A stretch of 64,000 nt of DNA from Macrostomum lignano (Eukaryota), in contig NIVC01000027.1 of NCBI GenBank assembly GCA_002269645.1, forward strand, positions 941,600 to 1,005,599. Direction: 5' to 3'. Every line of letters begins with the position of its first letter. Position 1 is the first letter of the stretch. Of the stretch, positions 46,907-58,700 are shown piece by piece. The notes beneath the pieces are model-generated. The model had not been told where the DNA came from. It did no database searches and saw only the letters and a list, made by a program, of their open reading frames with translations. The translations under genes and the position numbers were made by a program.

Positions 46907-48326
46907 TACGTTTTTTGGGAGGAGTGTCTTGGAACTTGTTCGACCTGCTGGCTGCTGACGCTCTTATTAAATTATTAAATGTTCAATTTACCTGGCCCTG
47001 CCTCGCCCCCTTCTTTCACTGTGCACCGCTTTATTTATTGATTGCATCAGGGCCAATTAACTGATAAGAAAATATTCGTAGCTGTGTGCACCCCACTGGA
47101 CAGACAGATAACTACTTGATTTGAATTGCGTAACCAGACGAGTGGGTAAGCAATAAAATTCTGGATGCTGCTGGCAGACAGCTTTCCCTTTAGCTAGTTT
47201 AACTTATAAAAATCAGCTCTTGAGTTTTGTCTGCAGTACAGTACACACAGTCGCTCATCGATCCAGCATTCTTTTTGGGCTAAATAACTGGAACCATAGA
47301 CATGACAGACCAATCAGCCAGTGTATTTTCTTTGGAATTATTGGCTTAGAAAGTTCTAACGATTGAAGAGTAGGCCACAGACAAGTTGGTCTCTTATTTA
47401 AGTACGAGTTCTTTATATTCTTCCCTGTCACTGAGCTTTAGAATTTTATTTGTTTGCCATATCTCTGATGTGTATTTTGAGTTAAAAGAGCTGCAGCAAA
47501 AAAGTGTCATCCGTCAATTAACCAACCAGTCGCAAATGCTGGACGAGTGTCATTTTCATTATCCGACAAAGGATAGGCACCTAAGAAGGCTAATCTAAGG
47601 TACGTGGCGGGGCTATTTTGATTGAAATATGAAAATTCAGAATCTAAAAGTACTTTTTAAAACTTTTTCGGAAAGGGGTAGCAAAGCAATGTAGCAAAGC
47701 ACAGCTGAACTTTAGAAGAATAGTTATTAAGAAGATTCTTGTACCATCTGAATTGAACAATCTTGTACGAGCTATTTTCTGCCATAGATAGGATGTAGAT
47801 AAGATGCAGAAACATATTTTGATGAACTATATAATCTAAAATTGGTGTTTTTAAAGCATTTAAAGTCCTATTATGTCATATTACGATATATCGATCATTT
47901 CTCAAATTTCTCGCTTTTTTCAGTTAATGGCTTTTCTCTCAATATTGAATGCTTTCGCTCATTAGAGCTTTCGCAGTTGTGGGCTCTCAAGCATTGCATT
48001 GAATTCAAGCAAGATAAATGTCAAGGGACAAAGCTGAATTTTATTTGTCTATGGTCTCAAAGCCTGTCCCTGCAGCATTTAAGTTAGTCAAGAAGAACAA
48101 GAAGCCAGCTTAAAAACCAAAAAGTAGCTACTGAGCTAGCTGAAGTTGAAATCCAAATCTTCGGTCTCCTCAATTTCGACCAAAGACAAAAGTCTGCATC
48201 TGTATTTAGTCACAATAAGTAACAGCCGGGAAATTTGAAGCCTGTGTGAGCTTTCTGTGTGAGTTTGTGTGAGCTTTTAAAGCGCACACATCAGAAATTA
48301 ACGGCAAGAATCATATCGCGTGAATG

Positions 48327-48818
48327 AACACAAGCTCACACAAGCTCACACAAGCTTACACAAGCTCACACAAGCTCACACAAGCTCACACAAGCTCACA
48401 CAAGCTCACACAAGCTCACACAAGCTCACACAAGCTCACACAAGCTCACACAAGCTCACACAAGCTCACACAAGCTCACAAAAGCTCACAAAAGCTCACA
48501 AAAGCTCACAAAAGCTCACAAAAGCTCACAAAAGCTCACAAAAGCTCACACAAGCTCACACAAGCTCACACAAGCTCACACAAGCTCACACAAGCTCACA
48601 CACGCTCACACAATCTCACACAAGCTCACACAAGCTCACACAATCTCACGCAAGCTCACACAATCTCACACAAGCTCACGCAAGCTCACACAATCTCACA
48701 CAAGCTCACACAAGCTCACAAAAGCTCACACAAGCTCACACAAGCTCACAAGCTCACACAAGCTCACACAAGCTCACAAAAGCTCACACAAGCTCACAAA
48801 AGCTCACACAAGCTCAAG
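48327..48818. repeat. 10-bp minisatellite (CAAGCTCACA), ~49 copies
   Basis: Tandem units read directly. Confidence 0.98.
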
Positions 48819-49742
48819 CGTATGTTAGCTCAGTACTTTGTAGTATTACTTTGTAGCATTCAGTTACTATGCAGTTTGTTTAACAGCTTCAAACTTCAAC
48901 TCTTCGACTTTCATATCTGCATGCAGGTAGCTTTTAACCTGCAGAATTGATCGGCATAATTAGTGACACGGGTCATTCTTTCTGGAGGAAAACTGACTGC
49001 GAAGCTGATCGTTGAAGAAACTGGTGACAGAAAAAAGAAATTCAGGACTGCAAAGTGGCGAACCAGGTAAGTTACCATGGTTGCTCAAATCATGCTTTTA
49101 TTGGTGATATAATAAGCTGTTTAAGAAGCCCAAATTTATCAGTATCAATTTAAGCCAATGCAAACATTACGGGTAAATGAAGAACTGGGTGTGTTCCAAG
49201 AGTTTTTATTAGATAAGATCATTGTTTACTTTTTTTACCTGTGGCTTGTTTGATTTATTGCAATAATAATGATTACCTGCCCTAAAACCGGAGGAAACGA
49301 ATTGACATTCAATATTTAATGTTTTTGTAACTCTTTTGATATACAGATTACAAGTACAAAACTTTTAATAGCCGTGAACAAGCGCATTTACGTTTACACT
49401 ATGGAAATATTTATAAAAATGTGCTTTACGCGAAGATTTTTGCAAACAAAAAAGCAAAAAATGTTACTTGTCTTATTTTCATATGCCAGTCATTATTAAT
49501 TCTTAATCTTGAATTTAAAAACGTGAAATCGTCATGAATTGTCCGGGATGATTACCCGTCTAATGGCCTGCTCAGCTGTCGTAAATGATGGCCCAGCCAG
49601 ATTAGTTAAAGTTGCTGTCAGGCGACTGACGGATGCTGACAACTGCCTGCTCAAGTCTGCGGAATTAAAGCGGAAATGGGCCGCTAAAGAAACACCCAAA
49701 GCCTGAACCAAAACTTTTGGCCTAAACCTTACAGACGGCTAT

Positions 49743-52700
49743 TCACTCACCAATAGTTTTCAGCCGTTTAGTTCGATGCTTCCTGGGTGCTAAAATATTG
49801 CGAAGACCTTCAACAATGTAGCTCGCCAGCTGCTGATCCGGATCTTCGTTGTCTGTCCTTGACTTGCTCAAACCGATGCCGTGGTTGATGACAGCCACGA
49901 AGATGTTCATCAGCACCAGAATAAGAAAGCAGACAAAGCCCAGATAGCAGAGTTGGTTAAGGATGTTCCGCTGCATAACGTTGCGAAAATCTGATGCCCC
50001 AAGGGCAGCGTTGCAGAGGTGCTGCAGAGTGGCGGGCATCGAGCTGAATTGACGGAGTTGAGAGCCCATGGAGAGGTAGAACAGGCAGGCAAAAGCAGCA
50101 AAAACCAGAGACAGCGGAGCAAGGTAGGCAACCAACTGAGTCAAACAGCAGCTGACTGTGGCGACAAGGTGCCTCAGGTGTCGGGTGAGCCTAGCCAGCT
50201 GAAGCAGCCGCAGCTGTAGCAAGAAGGTGGCGACAGCGAGGCAGTTGCAGAACTGCCGATCCAACTGCATCACAGCCTGTAGATTTGAGACGCTAGTAGA
50301 CGCCAAGCAACGGAGTAGCAGACAGACCCAGGCTATCGCTGCTAACACAAATGCCGCCAAGGCCAGGATGTTCCAGCCAGATGTAGCGAACACTTTAAAT
50401 CCGAGAGTCACAGCGGTGTACATTGAAGCTCCAATGCAGATAACGGTCACCAAAGCGGCCAGGCAGTCAGCGCAGAGGTGGACGATACCCACGACACCAA
50501 CGTAGCGACTGAGCGGTGCAGAGTCCATGTTCCAAGTCAACTCGCAGCCTCCGAAAGACTCACAGTTGATGGTGAAGACAGCGTAAGTGAACAGAGAGGC
50601 ATCTGGATAAAATAAGCTGAGTCCCAGCTTGATTTTCCTTGTGTTGGCATTCAGCCAATTGAAATCAGAGAGTGACTGCAGCATTTTGATGGTCGCATTT
50701 AAACTGGTTGGCAGATCGATAGCTTCTGTAGCGTTGCTGGCATCGATTTGCGATGCAAAGGCTGCTGACTGCATCGAGTCGGCACTTTGAATTCGGCTCA
50801 GGCGAGGTGATCCAAGCAGGAAGCCCGCATTGTCAGCAATGAACCCAGACCGAGCCGACCTCTCTGTAGGAAAAAGCGCTGGAACGACAGACTCGGATAG
50901 ACAAGGCAGCACTGCCTTGGCAACGCTGGCTGACTGCAGACAGGACAAATTGAGATGATTCAAGAGGCTGCTGTGCAACCGAAATGCTCGAGTGTCGACA
51001 GCGCCTGTACTGGCGAGACAAAGCAGAGCAAACTGTAGAAGGCTCAGACCGGCTTGCAGCCCATGGCAAAACACTGCCTGCTTTTCTGGCTGCGGTTTCT
51101 TCTGCAGCTCGCTTAGGTAGCAGACGCGACCTGCAATTTGAAATGGAGAACAATGTGATTCTCCTGTCTACATTAAGCTATTCTCACTCACATACGTACA
51201 TGAGTTATCGTCTTCGTCGATCTCCATCACCCTGACGCGCTCCGAATTTTTTACGTCGCTGTCCTTGCGCATCACGATGACAAATATGAATCCAATGAGG
51301 ACTACCTTCATGGGCTGGATGAGGAAGGCCGTTTCCAGAAACGAAAGAATGAAGCAGAGCAGCCACTTTTGCGACTTCTCCTGCCCCCAATCCATTGCGT
51401 AGAAAACGATAAAGACTCCTGATACAATGATGGTGCTGAGCGCTATGAACCACCCAATAAACTGACACCAGTAAGGAAGCTGAACTGGCTTAGTTGTCTC
51501 TTTTAGAGGCTGAATGGGGGTGCACTCCAGGCTGTCCCACTCGATTGCAGATTCATCAGATTCGCTCTGAAATAGGTAAACGAAATCTTTTTGCGTATCT
51601 TGTTAAACATACGATAATTTTGGAGGAATACCTACCTCAATTACACTATAGATATTCTGCCTGTCCGAATGTTGGTGAGAAGGCTGCCAATCACCACTAC
51701 CAGAGTCCGATTCTTGATATTGCCTTGACTTTAGGAATATCAGCGTGATGGCAGCAGTGACGGGCACCACAATGAGTGCACTAATCACGGATACAATCAA
51801 AGAGCCCACTGACATGGTCAGCGGCCCAAGCTTGAGGTCCGACTGGCCTGCTGATATCGCATCGCCCACTCCGAAGAACATTGCATTCGTCACCATGGTG
51901 ATAAAGAGTGCGCTGAAGCAGGTGGTGAAGCGCTGCAGTCTGGAGAAATTTGTCTCAGTAGATCGCTTCATCACAGATACCCACAAGTGCTCGTCCTCGA
52001 GCTTGCGGCCAAAGTTGTGGCGGAGGAAACCCGGTGAACGTCTCAAATCGCCTTGTGAGGACAGATAAATTGATGCAGGTTGTCCGTCACCGGTCAGTGG
52101 GGTGTCCGGTATGAAGAAGTACCTTAAAATTAAATACAGATGGTACTTTTAAGTCTTTTAGACATCGTTACCAAAGTGATTTATTTATCAGGCTTTAGAA
52201 ACTACTCATACATGGCTCCAGTGACTGTGTCGGTGACAACGATCTTTCTCGGCATCCAGAGCTCCAATTCCTCATGCACGGCAGTCAGCTGCAGTTGCAG
52301 TTTGAGAATATCCCCTAGATTGCTGCTTGTCGTCATGCGGAACCGATCGATAGAACTGCTCTTAAAGCTCTGAAATTTCGTATCAATATGTGAATCTAGT
52401 TAAGCAAGTCTATAACAAAACGCTTTTTGAGAATAGCTCACCTGTCGGATTCCGTCGTCAAGAATTCTGGAACTTTCTGTGCTTTTTGTTCCAACAACAG
52501 TCATACAGATCTGTTGAATGCAGCAGTCAAGTTTTCCGTTGAATACATCGATAAGGTAGACCTGTGCCAGACTTTTGTCATCTATTAGTGGCTCGTAGGT
52601 AAACTGAAAGATTTTTTTTGGATTTTTATACTTTGTGTTCGCAGGAAAGTATTAAAAACAAAACAACTAACCAGTATTCTATCTCCCTTGTCAGCCCGTC

Positions 52701-55700
52701 TCAAAATGGCACCAATGGGAATGAAGATAAGCCACAAAGTTACCACGGTGGCGACGACTGCCGCGCTGTCGGCCAGCTTGCCCTGCCAGTTGCTGAAAAG
52801 ACTGCCAAAGTCGATGAGATTCGGTGAGACATTGAGACCAACACCAATGCTGCCAAGCAAATTGAATCGAAGGGAAACTCTGTTTGTATCCGCCACTTCT
52901 GCAAGCTGGCAGCTTTCTGGGCCCAGCAAAACCCACGAGGCCGCCAGAGCATCCCAATGCCTGCAGGACAGCTCAATGATTGAGAAGTTGTAAGCGACTG
53001 TGGGATCGGAGCAAGTCACGTGACCAGTCGGGTCTCTCGAGCAACCGTGACGCCTGACGCTGATGTAGTTGGTAGCTGATGCGTTTAGAAGTCCAGGGGT
53101 GATGAGAATTCGTGTTGACTCTTGTGAGTTAACAGACTTGTTACTGGGCAAGGTGAAGTTTAACAAGTGTTTTTGAGGATTAGGTGGTGTCCCTGATGCC
53201 ACAAATATGTCAAAAGTTTGCCCCTGCTGAAGTGGCTGCAGGAAAACTATCACCCGCTGATTGCTGTTTATGGAAAACGAGTGCTGAATCTGCAGCCATT
53301 TGTCCGACGGTGTCGCATTGATGCTGATTGGATCTGGCACGGACATGAGCAAAGAGGCCGCAAATGCTTGAGAGACAGCGGAACGCCTGACCCGAGAGGA
53401 TGTATTTGAGGGTAAACTTTGATCGCACAGTGTTTGGCGAGTTGTAAGTACACTGGATGCTACTGAGGCCGAGGACTCGTGCCATAAAAACGGGTTCTTG
53501 CGGGATAGAAGAGCCTTGATGCCTCCGTCATTGCTGCAGTCACTAGGGGGTGGCTCATCGATCTGTACGCTGCCCTGAGGCGCCTCGAAGCTCAAATTGG
53601 TACCTCGACTGCCCACTGCCGAGATCCAGTTGTTTGAAATCGCGTATTGATTTGAATCGGTGATTAAATCTTCGGTTATGCTGCTGATTGAGTCGATGGC
53701 TTTCTCAAGCACGGTACGCAGCATTTGTCTTGTTTCAGCGAGGCTGCTGTTGCAGCTTATGGACTCGCAGCTGCTGTTGTCAGCCAGCTCTGCCGCCCTC
53801 ATTGAGAGGCTGGATGCCAGCCAGATGTTAGATCCTGTCAGTACCAGGTCTAAAAGGGTAAATTTGCTCAAATTAGAGAACAGTCTTCACTATATTCATC
53901 TAATTCAGTTTTTTACTAACCTTCGGCCATGAGCGAACGGCCATCATTTGTCAAGTTGTGTCGCATTTCCTTGTACTTTAGTGAAACTTCTGCTAGCTTT
54001 CCGGAGCTGAGGTTCTGAACGGTGTTCGCGGGGGATGTGTTTCAAATTACTTAGAACATTTTGCTGGGGGCAGAGGCAGCGCCGATGATGTAATAAAATA
54101 AGCGAAGCATTTGAATCCCCCTGACACGTACATTCCGATGTTTAGACAGGAAATCTAGAGGTAAGTTGGCTTTGGCTCTCTGCCTATATTACTTAGTCTA
54201 AAATCTATTTGTTTTTTTACGAGTATAAGAAAGACTTACCCGCTTACTCATTCCCAACAAGTTATATGATTTCGTTATTATTTTTATTTTAAGAAATTTT
54301 TTGAAAACACAATTAATAACTAAATACCTGAGCTGTCATGTCTAGCTGAGTGACTCGATTTTCGGCGGCTCCACTTCTAAGCAGCTCACTAGTCTGCTCA
54401 AGTGAGTTGGTTGTGTTTACAGCAAACTGACTGACGATGCTGACGTAGCGAGTTCTGAGCTGAAAATTTTCAGATTGAAAGGAATATTTACAGATGCCGT
54501 ATATGTTTAAGCTGCTTGCTTTCATTCCTAAATCTGTCCTACCTGAGACATTTGTTCGGTGAAAAATTCCCTAAGCGACTGACTCGCATTGGCACTTTCG
54601 GCATCATCGTTACGCGAGTTCATAACTGACACCACGCAAATGAGAGTCGTGGAAGCTGCCTGCTGGTTTCCAGTGTCCAGGAATTTTGTAAGCTCGTCGT
54701 TTTCTCCATTGAAAATTGAGCTGATGTTGGTGATTAGCTGTTCAGCAGGTACAGGTGGCGGAAACACCTAAAGTGTCAGTAAGAAGTTCAAGTGCGGTAG
54801 CAGGAACATTTCAGCAATACTCCAGATAAAACACCTACCTGCAGTTGAAATACGAAATTTCTTGAGTCTCCAAGGCTGTCGGAAACAGCCACGACAATCT
54901 CTTCCCGATATTCGTCGGTCTCTGATCCAACTGGAAAGAAAACCAGCGGCGAGGTCGATATGGAGCTGCTGAACAGCAAAATGCTGCGCCTGCTGCCTTT
55001 CTGGCGCACCCGGAACTCGTAGTTTAATTGACTGACTGTGACGTTAAACTCTTTCCAGTCAAAGCAGGAGATCTGAAACTTTGTCACCATTGCAAATCCC
55101 TGCAGCGGAGCAACAGTGCAGTTGCCTCCAGATGGTGCAATGTTCACGACGAGGGCGGTCGTTATTAAGGTATCTCCGTCACACCATTTGCAGGATCCTT
55201 GAACCGTCAAAAAGTAAACGCCACCCTCGATGAGGGAACTGCTGGGAATATCAATTAAAGATGAATTACCAGCAAATAACTTGCTCTGAGGTAAAGTATC
55301 AGTCGTGAGCCTTATTATCCAAGAAAATGTAACATTCGAGAATTTCGTTCCACAGAACTGAACACAAGAAACCTGATAAAGCAGCTCTCTCGAAGCCTTC
55401 ACTTTCTTGTCGCAGTTTTTGATGCAGCTGAAATGGAATGATTGTAATCAGAGATAATGAGCAGCAATACATGTCAGATTGGTAGCATATATTAACTCGG
55501 ACATGATATTTTCTACCTTATGCTTAGAATGGCCGCGGGCTGTAGCCGAATTAACAAATTCAAAATTGCGGCATCTTGGCGACTGTCTTTCTGGGCTGTG
55601 ACTCGAACGGCATAAGAGTGGTTTGGAAGCATGTGATAGGTGTTAATTTCTATGGTAGCTGCACTCCCACTATGGATGAGGCCGATACCATTTCCATAGC

Positions 55701-58700
55701 AGCCAGTAAAGACTTTGGAATTGGAAACTAATGGTGCAGTGATGTTCGGCAGCAGCATGTCAACTTTTGGAGGCTCCTCCAATCCATCTCTCCAACACGC
55801 CCAGTAAAATTTGAAGCCAGTAAGATTTCCCTCGCTGACATCAAAGTCGCGAGTAGAGTTTGCAACACTTAGGCTTAGCGTGCTGTTGTAAGCCGCAACT
55901 TCTGGCCCGTCGATACGGGACACCTTAATCGGCGTCTTGACAATGTTGATAGTCAGCTGTGAGGTTGACCACACTGGAGGCTGAACGCCCGACATCGATA
56001 CATTGAGTGACACTCTGTACTTTCCGTACCATAGACTAAGCCTCGAGATGTTGAAAGTAAACGAATCATGATATGACAAATGGTTCTGCTCATTTCCTGC
56101 CGAATCTTTTATTGACCAGGAACAAATTGTGATGGATGTTTTTGAGCAGTTTATGAACGGAAGGGCTTCGATGATTACATCGGATGACCTCATGATCTCT
56201 GGCGGGAGTTCAGTAGGGTCAGTGAGATTCACCAGGATTCCGTTGACAGTGAAGTTGATGAGCGGACGCTCGCAGTACCAGTCGTTGACAATGATGGAGC
56301 ACTGAGCCGTGTCGTTGCTAACATGGTTGAACGCCAAAGCAGTGGCTATATATTCACCGATTGCCGGATACGTATGCTGAAGATGCACTATCCGAGTATC
56401 ATAAGGTAGTTTAGTGAAATTGGCACCAACTCGCATACTATACGGTGCGCACAGATCTGCAGCACCGAAAGATTCACCAGAAGAGTTGTCACCAAAGTTG
56501 ACAACAAAGCAGCCGTGGGTGCCAAACCTGGCTATATTTAGGGTCATATAAGAAGCGTTAGTGTAGAACGCAGTACCGTTTGGCTGTAAATTTTCAATGA
56601 TGACGGCATCCAGCTCAATGAACACTGGCAGAATTTTTAGCCACGACGAGACCATATTGGAGCAGTTCACCGAAAAGTTCCAGGCTCCAAGCGCTTCGCG
56701 AGGGAAGCTGCGCTCGAACAAAGCAGATTCATTGAGTTGGGGAATATATAGATAGCCTGAGCCAAACTTTGAAAATCTGAACTGACAGTGAACATTTCTG
56801 TATGCTGGTCCACTTAAGCTGAAGTTGACAATTGCTGGAGTGTACAGCACTGTGTGCGGGTATCGAATTTCGACATTCGCAATAGTTTCCTGAACAACTA
56901 TTGGTCCGAACAAGAGCTCTACTATGCTGACCTGATTGTAGAGCAGTACTCTGACGGTGTAGTTCCCCGCGTCTGCATAGGTGTGATTTATAAATTGTGT
57001 GCTACCAAACAGAAGGGACATATTCTTTATATCGGAGTCGCCGAGATGTGTCACAACAAGGATATTTGAGCCTCGATCAAAGCTGAGTTTTAGACTGAGC
57101 TCACTGCCAGCCGGATGAGCCACTGGTCCAAAGACTCTTGCTCCTTGAATGCTTTGCTGACAGAATACAGTAGTATGGGTTTCTTCATAGCTCACCAGGT
57201 TTGAGCAGCTGAGCGTGAGATTCCAAGGTCTCGCTGTGATTTCAGCCTGGCAGGTGAAGTTCAATTCGATCGTGAGCGATTCCACATTCCATGTTCTGCT
57301 TTGCTTCCCGAATGTTGCATTGCACGAGGCGTTTGTAGGCATTCGCTGAAGAAAGCCAACTTGGGCAGTCAGGCCGAGTTGTGAGTCATTCACAAACGGC
57401 GGAGCAGACACTGTAAGGTTGCTTACTGGCTCTTGAACAATGACAATTGCTGATTGAGCTGCATGGGTGTGGAAATTCGTAGCAGTGACTTCTATCGTGT
57501 GAACTCCGGGACTCGAAAACAGAAGTGACAGGTTGAGCTGTGTGGGAGCATGCACTGACTGGTTTGAATTAATATCGAGTGTACTGCCGTTGCTAAAGCT
57601 GACCAGAAAATTTACGTGGGAGCCAGTTTCAGCTGAGATCATTAAATAACCAAACTGATAAGTTCGCAGCAGCTGTGAGACCTCCAATCGCAAGCCGGTA
57701 ATGTTTTGCTGCAGGATGACGTAGAGAGAATTATTTCTGACCGACAGGGCGTTCCAGCAGGAGACATTTAATAACAAAAATGGAACATCGGTTAGGAACT
57801 CTATAGGAACGAACAGTGGCTCGCTCCTCTTCAGAGTTAGATCCGTAAAATTCACTTCTAAATATTTTGTCTGAAGCAGACAGGAGTATTCTGTGGCAGA
57901 AATATCGCTGCCATACAGCATTCGAAATGTAAGGTTCTGTTTGACAGGCGCGGGAGTTTCTACAGCCGGAAGCGTTACGCTTAGAATGCTACTCAGATCT
58001 GGAACAACTTCTAACTCCAGCTGCTTTGAGACGAAACCAGCGTCGTTCCAAGCATCGCAGGAAACATTAAAGTGTCCAACGTGATCGGTAAAATCAAACG
58101 AAATAGACTGTATATATGACGCAAAGCTGTGCACGTGACCTGCTGTGTTCCAGTTCCAAACAACGGAACCAACTCTTTCGAATGTGACATTCGTTTGAAT
58201 TGCAGACCCAGATGACCAACTAAGCTGCAGTTGAACTGTTGAGTTAAATTCCAGAATCAGTTGTGTCAGAGATGAGCAGGAAAAGTTGGTTATTGGAGAG
58301 TCGCGGCAAGAAATTCTGTCTGCTAGAGAACTGCATCGAATATTGTTTGCTGGTACAGACTGGGTGTAAGAAGCGCCTGAGCCAATTAACAGTTCTGAGC
58401 ATAGCAGACTGAGCATGGGACACACAGTCTTCGACACGTTGAACATGTATTGACACGTCACAGTCGCGTTGTGGGTGAGTCCCTGTCGCTTCTCAGCCTC
58501 GTCACAAACTGCAGTCCTTAATGATGGCACACGGAGAGTTGAGTTTTCGTCTGTTAGAAATAATTGAAACTCAAAGTTTGTGCGATTTGTTCCAGCCGGC
58601 ACGGGCTCTACTGGAACTCCAGATTGCAGATAAAACGAGTGATCGACTACAAGCAAGGCTGGGTATTGTGACAGCCAACTGCCATTAGCCACGAAGGTTA

